From: Myxococcales bacterium
GTDB lineage: Bacteria > Myxococcota_A > Polyangia > Nannocystales > Nannocystaceae
Reading direction: 5' to 3'
Length of the DNA: 64,000 nucleotides
Assembly: GCA_020633335.1 (NCBI GenBank)
Contig: JACKDU010000002.1
Span: 506,730 to 570,729, forward strand
The notes beneath the pieces are model-generated. The model did no database searches. It saw nothing but the letters and a program-made list of their open reading frames with translations, and was not told where the DNA came from. The position numbers and the translations under genes are program-made. This document shows positions 31,876-43,274 of the stretch, piece by piece (within the stretch, counting starts at the first letter, position 1; the number at the start of each line of letters is the position of its first letter).

Positions 31876-32682
31876 ATGACCGGTCTCCGCCCCGTGCTCG
31901 CCCTCCTCGGCGCCCTCACGGCCGGCGCCTGCGTCCTCGACAACCAGTCCTTCGACGACGACACGTCGACGACCGGCGCCTCCGTCTCGGCCTCCACCTC
32001 GTCGTCGTCCTCGACCTCGACCTCGACCTCCTCGGCGACCGCCGCGTCGGCGACGTCCACGGGCGACGGCGGCAGCGGCAGCAACGGCAGCACCAGCAGC
32101 AGCACGGCCGCGGCGACCGGAACGAGCGGCACGACCGGGGCCAACGCCGAGCCGACGCGCCTCCACAACTACGTCGACGGCCTCTGCGAGAACGGGATCT
32201 ACTGCATCAACCAGCAGACCAACGAGCCCGTCCCGGCGCGGATCGTCGCCTTTGAGTGCTACACATCGCCGCTCCCGCCCCCCTTCCAGATCACCAGGGT
32301 GGGGGCCGACATCAAGGCGCGCGTCGGCACGCCGACGCCCTCCCTCACCGTCTTCCGCTTCGACGCCCAGGGGATGAAGATCGATCCGATGTCGATCGAC
32401 TTCGAGGTCCTCGCCCCGGTGAACCAGGACGGACACGTCGACTTCCCGCTCGATCCGCCGATCATCGTCGACGTCGCCGACTTCTGCGTGTCGATCGAGG
32501 GCGGCGACACGATGAACACGACCTTCGCGCCGGCGATCATGAAGGACTCGCCGACCCCGGGCCCCTCCTTCGTCGAGATGGACGGGGGGCCCAACTGCAC
32601 CCACAACTTCAAGCCGCTCAGCGCGGTCTACGGGACCGACGCCGCCCGCTACTGCATCGACGTCGACGTCGCGCCGATCTGA
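31876..32682 (+). CDS. lipoprotein with a Ser/Thr-rich linker and a Cys-containing C-terminal domain
   Basis: 268 aa. Lipobox LTAGAC. About 80 aa of S/T/A low-complexity sequence followed by a globular domain with several Cys. Confidence 0.45.
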   Translation: MTGLRPVLALLGALTAGACVLDNQSFDDDTSTTGASVSASTSSSSSTSTSTSSATAASATSTGDGGSGSNGSTSSSTAAATGTSGTTGANAEPTRLHNYVDGLCENGIYCINQQTNEPVPARIVAFECYTSPLPPPFQITRVGADIKARVGTPTPSLTVFRFDAQGMKIDPMSIDFEVLAPVNQDGHVDFPLDPPIIVDVADFCVSIEGGDTMNTTFAPAIMKDSPTPGPSFVEMDGGPNCTHNFKPLSAVYGTDAARYCIDVDVAPI

Positions 32683-32683
32683 G

Positions 32684-35023
32684 TCAGCTCGGCCCGAGCG
32701 GCGCCGTCGAGTCCAGGGGCTCGACCTTCGCGGGCGCCGACGCCTTGCCCGGCTTGACCGACGCGCCCTTGTCGCCCGCCGCCTTGGTGTCCGCCGCCTT
32801 GTCGCCCGTCTTGGCGTCTGCGCTCGACCCACCGGTCGCGCCGGGGAGGACGCCGCGGAGATCCGGGATCCGGGGCGCGGCCTTCTCGCCCTTCTCGCCC
32901 TTCTCGCCCTCCTTCGCCTTGCCCTTCGCCTTCGGCTTCGCCTTGTCCTTCGACTTCGCCTTGTCCTTGTCCTTGTCGTCGCCGTCCTTGGGCTCGAGGC
33001 GGTACTTCTCCTTCTTCGCCTTCGGGTGCTTGCAGATGCTCGATCCCTTGGCGCAGAGCCAGAGCGGATAGGCGACCTCGCCCCACTTCACGTCCCACTT
33101 GCGGGCGCGGTAGCGGGCGAGCTCGCGCTCGTGGTTGCGGAGCTCGGCCTCGAGCTCGCGGGTGAGCGCGAGCGGGTTGCTCTCCTCCGGATCGCGGAGG
33201 AGGTCGTAGTACCAGGCCTCGTCGGTCTGGGGTTCGACGATGACCTTGCGATCGCCGACGACGAAGCCCGCGCAGCGCTGCTCGAACCAGCAGGTGAAGT
33301 AGCGGGGCTTGTCGCCGGGGAAGTCGTCGGCGATCAGGTTGAAGCCGTTGACCGAGTCCTTCGCCTTCTCGTCGACCGGGATCCCGAGGAGCGCGAGGAG
33401 GGTCGGGGTGACGTCGACGAGGCTGGCGTTGCCGCGGACCTCCATCTGCGGCACGCCGGGGCCGCTCATCACCAGCGGCACCCGCAGCCCCTCCTCGTAG
33501 TAGTTGGTGTCGTGCTGCTTGACGCCCTTCTCGCCGAAGCCCTCGCCGTGATCGCCGACGACGACGACGATCGTGTTGTCGCGGAGCTTGCGCTTGTCGA
33601 GCTCCGCGAGGAGGCCGCCGAGCATCCGATCCTCGGACTCGATGAGCCGGAGGTAGCGCTCCTCGTTGGTCTGGCGCGGGAGCTCCTGCTCCTTGGCGAT
33701 CTTCGACGACTTCCGCGAGAGCCGGTAGGGGTGGTGGGTCGCCGAGGTCAGGAGCGTGACCATGAAGGGCTGGTTGGACGCCTTCGCCTCGTTGAGGAAG
33801 CGGCCGAAGGGGCGCACCAGGCTCTCGTCGTCGGAGGCGAGGTAGCCGAGGCTCTGGCCCTGGATGTCCTCCCAGGCCAGGAAGTCCTGGAAGCCGAGGC
33901 GATGGACCAGGCGCGGGCGCCACTCGAAGGTGCCCCACGAGCTCTGCATGAACGCGGTCGTGTAGCCGATGTCCGAGAGGATCGACGGCAGGCACTGGAC
34001 CTTGAGGTCGCTCGAGACCTCGACGATCTTCTTCTGCATCAGCGGGAAGCGGCCGCAGAGGATCGAGAAGAGCGACTTGGTGGTGTGGGGGAGGACCGCG
34101 CGGGTGCGGTGGGCGACCAGCCCCGACTCCGCGAGGGCCTCGAGGTTGGGGGTGCTCGCGACCTCCTCGCGGCCGGAGAGCGAGGTCTTGTCGTAGCGGG
34201 TCGACTCGAGGACGACGACGACGACGTTCGGCAGGTCGGGGCGGGCCGCGACCTCGTCGATCGTCTCGGCCGAGACCAGACGGACCGGCTTGTAGCCCTT
34301 GAAGGAGCCCGTGTTGAGGCTGGTCACCAGGGTCCGGACCGTCGAGAGGAGCGCGTTCTTGCCGAGGTTGCGGGCCATCGCCGTCTGCGGCCGCGGCGTC
34401 ACGATCATCACGATCAACGCGAGGACCGCGAGCCAGGCCGCGCAGAGCATCCGCGCCCGGCCGTGGATCCGCCGCTCAAAGGTCCAGCGGCGGCGGCGAA
34501 GCTCCCAGCGGAGGATCAGCGGGAAGCCGATGCCGACGAGGAGGCCGCCGACGATCCGCAGGACCACCTCAGTGGTCAGGCCCTCGCTGGTGATGTCGGC
34601 GACGTCCTGCATCCGTGCGAAGAGCTGGGTGAAGGCCTCCCAGGTCGCCTGCTCGCCGGTGATCAGGAGATAGCCCGTGTTCAGGGTCGCGGTGATCGCG
34701 CCACCGAGCGCGAGGGGGGCCGTCACGACCCAGGCCCAGCGAAAACGCGACTCCATGAGCGCCAGGAGCGCGGCGACCCCGAAGTAGACCAGGCCGTCCG
34801 AGGTCAGCGCCCAGGCGAGGAGGATGAGCGGGTGCGAGACGCCCTCGAGGTCGTAGACCGCGATGCTCTTGGCGACCAGCGTGGCGATCGCCGAGGCCGT
34901 CAGCACGTAGGTCGAGAACGACGTAAGGAGGCGGATCCAGCCGTGGCGCGGCGGGATCAGGTCCTTCCAGGATGAAGGCAGCTGAGACCGAACCCAACGC
35001 CTCGCGCGCACGGCCAAATTCAC
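32684..35023 (-). CDS. membrane-anchored sulfatase/alkaline-phosphatase-superfamily transferase (LtaS/OpgB/EptA-like) with a Lys/Asp-rich tail
   Basis: 779 aa. N-terminal multi-TM domain. Sulfatase-family catalytic domain (VVVVLESTRYD, HHPY, VVVGDHGEGFGEKG). C-terminal KDKDKAKSKDKAKPKAKGKAKEGEKGEKGEK low-complexity tail. Confidence 0.7.
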   Translation of the reverse strand: MNLAVRARRWVRSQLPSSWKDLIPPRHGWIRLLTSFSTYVLTASAIATLVAKSIAVYDLEGVSHPLILLAWALTSDGLVYFGVAALLALMESRFRWAWVVTAPLALGGAITATLNTGYLLITGEQATWEAFTQLFARMQDVADITSEGLTTEVVLRIVGGLLVGIGFPLILRWELRRRRWTFERRIHGRARMLCAAWLAVLALIVMIVTPRPQTAMARNLGKNALLSTVRTLVTSLNTGSFKGYKPVRLVSAETIDEVAARPDLPNVVVVVLESTRYDKTSLSGREEVASTPNLEALAESGLVAHRTRAVLPHTTKSLFSILCGRFPLMQKKIVEVSSDLKVQCLPSILSDIGYTTAFMQSSWGTFEWRPRLVHRLGFQDFLAWEDIQGQSLGYLASDDESLVRPFGRFLNEAKASNQPFMVTLLTSATHHPYRLSRKSSKIAKEQELPRQTNEERYLRLIESEDRMLGGLLAELDKRKLRDNTIVVVVGDHGEGFGEKGVKQHDTNYYEEGLRVPLVMSGPGVPQMEVRGNASLVDVTPTLLALLGIPVDEKAKDSVNGFNLIADDFPGDKPRYFTCWFEQRCAGFVVGDRKVIVEPQTDEAWYYDLLRDPEESNPLALTRELEAELRNHERELARYRARKWDVKWGEVAYPLWLCAKGSSICKHPKAKKEKYRLEPKDGDDKDKDKAKSKDKAKPKAKGKAKEGEKGEKGEKAAPRIPDLRGVLPGATGGSSADAKTGDKAADTKAAGDKGASVKPGKASAPAKVEPLDSTAPLGPS

Positions 35024-35261
35024 GGCCGCGGGAGCATACGTTCACGCCGATGTCACCGCAATGGCACGCGGACGAGGGCCGCGCCGAAGGGTTGGCGGGC
35101 CCCTGGATCGGCCAACGCAGGAGATGCGCCAAAGAGCCGCTCGCCGACGCGCGCCGCGTCGTGATCCGCGACACTCGGGAGCGTCGTGTTCTGCCACAGA
35201 TCCGCGCGACCCCGCGAGATCTACCGCTTTTCCCTGGCCCCCCGATTGCTTCAAGATCGGC

Positions 35262-35267
35262 CAAGGA
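35262..35267 (+). promoter_or_regulatory. ribosome-binding site (AAGGAG) for the lipoprotein gene at 35275
   Basis: aaggagatcgccATG: canonical SD 7 nt upstream of the ATG. Confidence 0.55.
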
Positions 35268-35274
35268 GATCGCC

Positions 35275-36126
35275 ATGAACATCCTCTGCCTCACCCGCCG
35301 CGCCGCCTCGACCACCCTCCTCTGCCTCGGCCTCGGCCTCAGCGGCGGCTGCTTCGACACCGGCGGTGCCTCGAACCTCGAGATGCGGGCGGCGGTCGGG
35401 GAGATCGTCGCCCAGGGTCAGGCGCAGGGGATCGAGAACGAGATCACCGAGCTGACGACGTCCTTCACCATCGGCGGAGGGGTCGCCGAGGTGGTCCAGG
35501 AGATCCAGGACTTCATCGCCTCCCAGGCGCCCTGCTCGACCGTGAGCGGCGCCGACAACACCCTGACCATCGACTTCGGGACCCTCGACGACCAGTGCAC
35601 CTACAACGGCCACACCTACGCCGGGATCGTGACGATCGCGATCTCGATCGAGGGCGCGGCGACGATCGTCGATCACACCTACAGCGACTTCACCAACGGC
35701 AACATCACCATGAACGGGACCAAGAAGGTCACCTACCAGGACCAGTCCCGGCGGATCGAGACCGACTACGCCTTCGTCAACAAGGAGGGGAAGACGATCG
35801 ACACGACCTCCGATCGCCTCCAGACCCTCCTCGACGAGGCCCAGGGGCTCGCTGGCGGGATCGTGATCAACGGCGAGCGCCACTGGGAGGGCGAGAACGG
35901 GCTCTGGGACCTCGACATCGACGAGGTCGAGGTCCGCTGGATCGACCCGGTCCCGCAGGCGGGGCTCTACTCGCTCCACACGCCGCGCGACAAGACGATC
36001 ACGATGGCCTTCGAGCGGGTCGACGCCGACACGATCGCGGTGACGGTCGACGGCGGGCGCTCGACCAAGGTCTACCACGTCACCGCGGCCGGCCAGATCG
36101 AGGAGCAGCCGGCCGAGGCTGGCTAA
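35275..36126 (+). CDS. lipoprotein of unknown function
   Basis: Start ATG at 35275 with the SD above. The ORF-track frame extends upstream without support. MNILCLTRRAASTTLLCLGLGLSGGC signal and lipobox. Beta-rich mature domain. Confidence 0.55.
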   Translation: MNILCLTRRAASTTLLCLGLGLSGGCFDTGGASNLEMRAAVGEIVAQGQAQGIENEITELTTSFTIGGGVAEVVQEIQDFIASQAPCSTVSGADNTLTIDFGTLDDQCTYNGHTYAGIVTIAISIEGAATIVDHTYSDFTNGNITMNGTKKVTYQDQSRRIETDYAFVNKEGKTIDTTSDRLQTLLDEAQGLAGGIVINGERHWEGENGLWDLDIDEVEVRWIDPVPQAGLYSLHTPRDKTITMAFERVDADTIAVTVDGGRSTKVYHVTAAGQIEEQPAEAG

Positions 36127-38072
36127 AAGGGCAGGAGCGGATAGGCCCGGCAGATCGTCGACCCGAGGGTCGACTTGACCGCCGACGCGAAGCTCAGGTC
36201 CCCCTTGGCGACCGCGTCGATGTCGAAGGCGGCGCCGCCGGTCGCGTCGGGGATCGAGGGCTGGCCGAAGTAGGGCGCCCGCAGGCCGGGCTTGACGTCG
36301 AGGCACTCGCACTGCCCGCCGAGGCTGGCGCCGAAGGTCGCCACCCGGATCTCGCGGTCGCGGAGCGCCTCGACGGTCTCGCGGTAGGTGTGCTCGACCC
36401 GCTGGCCGCTCTGGATCGCCGGCGCCTCGCCGAAGTCGTCGTCGGTCGCGTGGACCACCAGGCGGAGGGTCGACGACGCCGGCCGCCAATCGAAGCGGGT
36501 CGCCGCCGCGTGGAGGGCGTCGAGGGAGTTCTCCGGCCAGTCGAGGTTGCTCTCGGGGCTCTGGATCTGCCGGTTGGAGCTGGTGAAGTGGCGCCAGCGG
36601 GTGAGCTCGGCCTGGAGATCGGTGATCTCGGTGAAGGCCTGCCCGCCGTTGGCGACCAGGACGTCGTCGACGAAGACCACCAGGCCGTAGCGGGGGTCGC
36701 GGGCGAGGCCGCGGATCGCCGCGTCGACCTCGCCGATCCCCTGCTCGACCCGATCCACCATGAAGCCCATGGTCGTCGACACGTCGACCACGAAGACGAC
36801 GTCGACCTGCTCCTTGGGCCGGCGATCGGGATCGTCACAGACCACCTCGGGGACCACCGCCGCGGTCCCGCCCTCGCCGCGGAGGACCAGGCCGCCCTCG
36901 GCGTTGTGGGAGTCGCGGCCGCCGCTCCGCGGCTCGGGCTGGTCGCCGGGCTCCTCGAGGACGCTGGGGAGCGGCGCGTAGTCGCCGGGCACGACCACCC
37001 CGCCGACCACGCCGCCGACCACGCCGCTCTCGACCCCGCCGAGGACCCCGAAGCGCGGGGGCTCGTCGTCGTCGTCGACCGCCGCCGAGCCGGTCACCAC
37101 CGGGGCGTCGAGCACCCGACCGATCGCCACCAATTCCTCGGGCTCGCCGTCGGCGAAGAGCTCCGCGACCTCCCCGCCGCCGCCGAGCACCCCCAGGAGG
37201 CCGGCCGCGTGATCGTCGGCCGTCAGGATCTGGGCGATCTCGTCGCGCTCGCCGAACTCGGGCACGGCCTCGAGGAGCGCGTCATTGCCGGGATCGGCGA
37301 CCTCGTCCTCGGCGATCCCGCCGACCAGCGCGAGTTCGCCGCCCTCGGCCACCGGCGCGGCCGCGGGCTCGGCGACCTTGCCGACGCCGAGCGCGGCCGA
37401 CGGCCGGGGATCGCCGAGCGCGGCCGGCGGTCGGATCTCCGTCGGGATCGCTGGCAGCGCACGCGGCGCCGTCCGCTGCGGGAGATCGACCAGCGACGCA
37501 AAGAGGACCCGGCGAAACGCGCTCTCGCTCCCCTCGGGCTCGCCGGCGAGCTTGACCTCGGTGACCGGGCGCTCGACCTGGACCAGGAGCGCGACCAGCG
37601 CGGCCATCACACCGCCGAGCGCGAGGCTCTGGGCGAGATCCCGGAGGCCGAGGCGGAGCCCCCAGCCGACCCTCGGGAGCGGCTCGTGGACCAGCGTGAG
37701 GGCGACCTCGGGGTGGGCGCGGAGGTGGAGCTCGGCGCTATCGCCGGCCTCGAGGCGGACGGCCCCGCCGCTGGTGAAGTCCGCCAGGCGGTGGCGGACG
37801 CCCGCCAGGGTCACCTCGCCCTCGATCCCGTCGACGCAGAAGAGCCAGTCGCCGTCGAGGAGGGTGGCCTCGCCGCCCTCGCCGCCGATCCCGGGGAGGA
37901 CCAGGTTGGCCCCGCTCCCCTCGCCGACCCGGACGATCTCCCCGCCGCCGTACCCGCGCTCGCTCAGGCGGTAGCCGCGGAAGTCGAGGCTCACGCGCCA
38001 TCCGCAGGGGTCGCTGGCGTCGGGACGGCGCGTTCGCATGGGGCCCTTCAACGTACAACGACCCCGGGCCAT
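36123..38072 (-). CDS. transmembrane protein with an N-terminal FHA-like cytoplasmic domain and a C-terminal von Willebrand factor A (VWA) domain
   Basis: 649 aa. An alternative start Met at 38039 is possible. The N-terminal segment (GEIVRVGEGSGANLVLPG...ATLLDGDWLFCVDG) resembles a degenerate FHA. One TM helix (ALGGVMAALVALLV). VWA MIDAS-region VVFVVDVSTTMG. Confidence 0.6.
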   Translation of the reverse strand: MARGRCTLKGPMRTRRPDASDPCGWRVSLDFRGYRLSERGYGGGEIVRVGEGSGANLVLPGIGGEGGEATLLDGDWLFCVDGIEGEVTLAGVRHRLADFTSGGAVRLEAGDSAELHLRAHPEVALTLVHEPLPRVGWGLRLGLRDLAQSLALGGVMAALVALLVQVERPVTEVKLAGEPEGSESAFRRVLFASLVDLPQRTAPRALPAIPTEIRPPAALGDPRPSAALGVGKVAEPAAAPVAEGGELALVGGIAEDEVADPGNDALLEAVPEFGERDEIAQILTADDHAAGLLGVLGGGGEVAELFADGEPEELVAIGRVLDAPVVTGSAAVDDDDEPPRFGVLGGVESGVVGGVVGGVVVPGDYAPLPSVLEEPGDQPEPRSGGRDSHNAEGGLVLRGEGGTAAVVPEVVCDDPDRRPKEQVDVVFVVDVSTTMGFMVDRVEQGIGEVDAAIRGLARDPRYGLVVFVDDVLVANGGQAFTEITDLQAELTRWRHFTSSNRQIQSPESNLDWPENSLDALHAAATRFDWRPASSTLRLVVHATDDDFGEAPAIQSGQRVEHTYRETVEALRDREIRVATFGASLGGQCECLDVKPGLRAPYFGQPSIPDATGGAAFDIDAVAKGDLSFASAVKSTLGSTICRAYPLLPF

Positions 38073-38137
38073 TCACCAGGAGACGGAGAGCCGGCTCACG
38101 CCGGCCTGCAGCCCGGGGGCGACGCGGCGGGCTGACC

Positions 38138-39892
<1,755 letters not shown>

Positions 39893-39912
39893 GTCGCTCG
39901 ACCACGCGCGAA

Positions 39913-39948
39913 GGGCCGCGCCCGCCACCGGCGAGCGCGGCCCTTTTC
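39913..39948 (+). terminator. rho-independent terminator hairpin downstream of ffh
   Basis: GGGCCGCGC-cccgccaccggcga-GCGCGGCCC forms a perfect 9-bp GC stem followed by TTTTC. It sits 20 nt after the ffh stop. Confidence 0.6.
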
Positions 39949-40022
39949 ATCGTCTCGTTCATCGCGCCCGCGCGCCCTCCCCTCCCCCGGCGCTCGCTCA
40001 ACGCCCAACGCCGAAATTGGCG

Positions 40023-40054
40023 AGGCCGCGCCCGCCACCGGCGAGCGCGGCCCT
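40023..40054 (-). terminator. second copy of the same hairpin, positioned as a terminator for the convergent OmpA-family gene
   Basis: The identical 31-nt sequence ggccgcgcccgccaccggcgagcgcggccc recurs 110 bp downstream. On the minus strand it is followed by CUCGCCAAUUUCGG, a weaker U-tract. Confidence 0.4.
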
Positions 40055-40077
40055 CCGCGCCTCCGCGCGCCGCCCGG

Positions 40078-40932
40078 CTACTTGCCGGCGAGCGCGTTGA
40101 GCTCCTCGAAACCTGGCAGATTGGTCAGGTCGGGGAGGATCACGATCTCGATCCGCCGGTTCTTCGCCTTGCCCTCGTCGCTGCCGTTGTCGGCGGTCGG
40201 CTTGAACTCGCCGAAGGACGCGGCCGAGAGCTGGGTCGGCGCGACCCCGGCGTGCTGGAGGGTCTTGAGGACGACGAGCGCGCGGGCCGACGCGAGCTCC
40301 CAGTTCGACGGGAACTTCTCGTTGTAGATCGGCACGTTATCGGTGTGCCCCTCGATCTGGTACTTCTTCTCGGGGATCGTCGCCAGGACGCCGCCGACCT
40401 CGGTGATCGCCGCCTTGCCGTCGTCCGAGAGCTTGGCCTTGCCGGTGTCAAAGAGGATGTCCATCGGCAGCGCGAGGACCATCCGCCCGTCGACGATCTT
40501 GACGTTGAGCTTGCCGGCCTCGATGAGCCCCTTGAAGCGGAGGAGCATGTCGCGGAACTCCGCGACCCGCTTCTCGGCCTCGGCCCGCCGCTTGCGCTGC
40601 TCGGCGAGCGCCTGGGTCATGTCGTCGATCGACTCCTTGAGGCGCGAGCGATCCTTGAGGAGCGCGGCCATGTCGGCGTCGCCCTTGGCGATCTGCTCGC
40701 CGAGGCGGGCGTGCTCCTCCTTGGCGGCCGCGAGCTTCGCCTCGAGATCGGCGATCTTCTGATCCATCACCGTGATCTCGTTCTCGAGCTCGCCGATCCG
40801 GGTCTCGCGGCCGGCGAGCTCCTGCTGGGCCGCGTCGAGCTGCCCCTGGAGCTCGGTGTACTTGGCCTTGGTGACGCAGCCGGGGGCGACGGCCACGAGG
40901 ACGAGGGAGATCGGGAGGACGAGGCGCTTCAT
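40078..40932 (-). CDS. OmpA/MotB-family lipoprotein with an N-terminal coiled coil
   Basis: 284 aa. Lipobox LVAVAPGC. Coiled-coil heptads (ELQGQLDAAQQELAGRETRIGELENEI...). C-terminal OmpA-like peptidoglycan-binding domain (NRRIEIVIL). Confidence 0.75.
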   Translation of the reverse strand: MKRLVLPISLVLVAVAPGCVTKAKYTELQGQLDAAQQELAGRETRIGELENEITVMDQKIADLEAKLAAAKEEHARLGEQIAKGDADMAALLKDRSRLKESIDDMTQALAEQRKRRAEAEKRVAEFRDMLLRFKGLIEAGKLNVKIVDGRMVLALPMDILFDTGKAKLSDDGKAAITEVGGVLATIPEKKYQIEGHTDNVPIYNEKFPSNWELASARALVVLKTLQHAGVAPTQLSAASFGEFKPTADNGSDEGKAKNRRIEIVILPDLTNLPGFEELNALAGK

Positions 40933-41044
40933 CGGCGCGATCGATAGCGCGCGGACGGATCGGCGACAAGACGGCCCGGCGAGCAGGATTCGCCGCGCCT
41001 GCTCCCCGGGCCAGCAACGATTGCGCCCCCGACGGGGCCCGTGA

Positions 41045-42505
41045 TCAGCGGGCCGCCTCGTCGTGGGTCGGGGCGTAGAGCTCGTTCATGAATTCGACGA
41101 GGAGGAGCTCGCGGACCCGGATCGGCAGGGCGTTGAGGACCTGGTTGATCTCCGCCATCCGCTCGGGGAGCGCCGAGGCGCTGATGCCGCCCATCGCCAT
41201 CATCTGCTTCATCATCGCCGGGTCGATGCCGGTCGACGGATCGAAGGCCGCGAACATCTGGCGGATCACCCCGACCAGGGGCGACGGCGGCAGGGCCTTC
41301 GCGCTCTCGACGCAGGCGGCGAGGTCGACGAGGAAGGGCTCGATCCACTGCAGGCAGTTGGGGTTCACCGAGAGGTGGACGTTCTCCTTCGACGCGCCGT
41401 AGCTGAGCTGCGGCTGGATGTACCAGCCCTTCATCTTCATCTCGTCGGTGAGGTGGAAGACGTCGACCTCGTCGGAGGTGAAGGCGATCAGGTTCATCTC
41501 CGGCTCGCCGAGCACCCGCAGGCCGTCGATCGCGTCGATCCCGGCGCAGAGGCGCTTGGTCCCGTCGAGGACCTGGCGGGCGATCTCCATGTAGCCGGCG
41601 TCGCCGAAGTGGTGGAGGACCGCCCAGGCGGCCGCCAGCGGGCCCGCCGACTTCGAGCTCTGGACCGTCGCGTTGACGATCGTGTAGCCGGTCCAGTTGG
41701 AGCAGGCGTAGATCTGGTGGCGCCGGAGCTCGCGGTTGCGGTGGAGGACCACCGACGCCCCCTTGGCCGCGAACGCGTACTTGTGGAAGTCCATCGAGAT
41801 CGAGGTGACCCCGGGGACCGAGAGGTCGAAGTCCGGCACCGGCTCGCCGAGGCGCTTGAAGTAGGGCAGGAGGAAGCCGCCCATGCAAGCGTCGACGTGG
41901 CAGAGGAGCTGGCGCTCGGCCGCCAGGGCCGCGATCTCACGGATCGGGTCGATCACGCAGTGGGCGTAGGAGACCGCCGATCCCACCAGGAGGATCGTGT
42001 TCTCGGTGATCGCCGCCCGCATCGCCTCGACGTCGGCCTTGAAGGTCACCGGATCGACCGGGGTCAGGACCACCTCGACCCCGAGGAAGTGGGCGGCCTT
42101 GTGGAAGGCGGCGTGGGCCGTCTCCGGCAGGATCATCTCCGGGCGGGCGATCTGCGGGCGGAAGGCCCGGGCGTGATCGCGGGCCGTCTTGACCGCGAGC
42201 ATGATGCTCTCGGTGCCACCGCTGGTGAAGTTGCCGACCACGTCCGCGTCGCCGCCGAGGTGGGCGGCGGCCATCGCCACCAGCTCGTTCTCGAGGCGGA
42301 GGACGCTCGGGAAGGCGGTCGGGTCGAGGCCGTTCTCGCTGAGGTACATCGTGAAGGCGCGCTTGAGCACCGCGTCGGCCTCGGCCCCGGGGTCGTAGAC
42401 GTAGGCCCAGGTCCGGCCGTCGCGCCAGCTCACATCCTGGGCGCGGAAGCTCTCGAGGGTTGCGAAGAGGGTGTCGTCGTCGAGGCCGTTGGCGGGGATG
42501 CGCAT
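41045..42505 (-). CDS. PLP-dependent group II decarboxylase-fold enzyme, sphingosine-1-phosphate lyase-like
   Basis: 486 aa. PLP-lysine motif SISMDFHKYAFAAKGASVV, which parallels SPL S-x-D-x-HKYG-x-PKG-S. The fold-type I aspartate-aminotransferase architecture is present. Confidence 0.7.
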   Translation of the reverse strand: MRIPANGLDDDTLFATLESFRAQDVSWRDGRTWAYVYDPGAEADAVLKRAFTMYLSENGLDPTAFPSVLRLENELVAMAAAHLGGDADVVGNFTSGGTESIMLAVKTARDHARAFRPQIARPEMILPETAHAAFHKAAHFLGVEVVLTPVDPVTFKADVEAMRAAITENTILLVGSAVSYAHCVIDPIREIAALAAERQLLCHVDACMGGFLLPYFKRLGEPVPDFDLSVPGVTSISMDFHKYAFAAKGASVVLHRNRELRRHQIYACSNWTGYTIVNATVQSSKSAGPLAAAWAVLHHFGDAGYMEIARQVLDGTKRLCAGIDAIDGLRVLGEPEMNLIAFTSDEVDVFHLTDEMKMKGWYIQPQLSYGASKENVHLSVNPNCLQWIEPFLVDLAACVESAKALPPSPLVGVIRQMFAAFDPSTGIDPAMMKQMMAMGGISASALPERMAEINQVLNALPIRVRELLLVEFMNELYAPTHDEAAR

Positions 42506-42583
42506 CGCCGGGATTGTAGCGAGCGACGCGCGGCCGCGGCCGACAAAGCCGCGATCGGGCCGCGCCCCTCTCGCGGCGCGGCG

Positions 42584-43153
42584 CTAGCCCTCGTCCGGGC
42601 GGGGACGGACCCGCAGGATCACCGTCCGCTCGGCCTCGAGGGCGCGATCGACGATCTCCGCGAGCTCGGCGACGGTGCGGCCGTGGGCGGCGATCTCGGG
42701 CGGCAGCCGGACCTCGAAGACGTCGCGGATCTTGGTCAGGATCTTCCGCGCGTGGGCCGAGTCGCCGCCGAGCGCGACGAAGTCGTCGTGCATGCCGATC
42801 GTCTCGTCGGCGAAGACCCGCCGCCAGATCTTGAGGAGGTCGCGCTCGGTCGCGGTCCGCGGGTCGTCGTCGAGGCCGTCGCCGGACGGCCGCCAATTCG
42901 GCCCCGGGAACCACGCGCTGCCGGGCACCCAATCGACCTCGGGGAAGGCCTCGCGGAGCGCATGGGCGAGCGGGAGATCGACCCCGTCGGCGCCGGCGGT
43001 GAGGAGGTGCTTCTTGAGCGCGCCCTCGGGCATCTTGAGGCGGGCCTCGAGGGCCTCGACGCCGATCCCGAGGCGCCGACAGAAGAACCGGAGCTGATCG
43101 CCGAGGCTCGGGACCTCGACGTCGCTCGCACCATCACCCTCGCGCTCGGTCAT
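42584..43153 (-). CDS. stand-alone phosphopantetheine-binding carrier protein (PCP/ACP-like) with an N-terminal extension of about 110 aa
   Basis: 189 aa. Carrier-protein motif DDFVALGGDSAHARKIL, where the GGDS serine is the predicted attachment site. The upstream region has no recognisable domain. Confidence 0.55.
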   Translation of the reverse strand: MTEREGDGASDVEVPSLGDQLRFFCRRLGIGVEALEARLKMPEGALKKHLLTAGADGVDLPLAHALREAFPEVDWVPGSAWFPGPNWRPSGDGLDDDPRTATERDLLKIWRRVFADETIGMHDDFVALGGDSAHARKILTKIRDVFEVRLPPEIAAHGRTVAELAEIVDRALEAERTVILRVRPRPDEG

Positions 43154-43274
43154 CGCCGCCTCGCTCTGCCAGCCAGTCTATCGTCCGCGAGCGCGGGAGA
43201 CCAGCATCGGCGGCCCCCCGGTGGCCCTGGGCGGCCACCGTGACGGCGCGGCAGCGTGGCAGCGCGGCAGCGCG

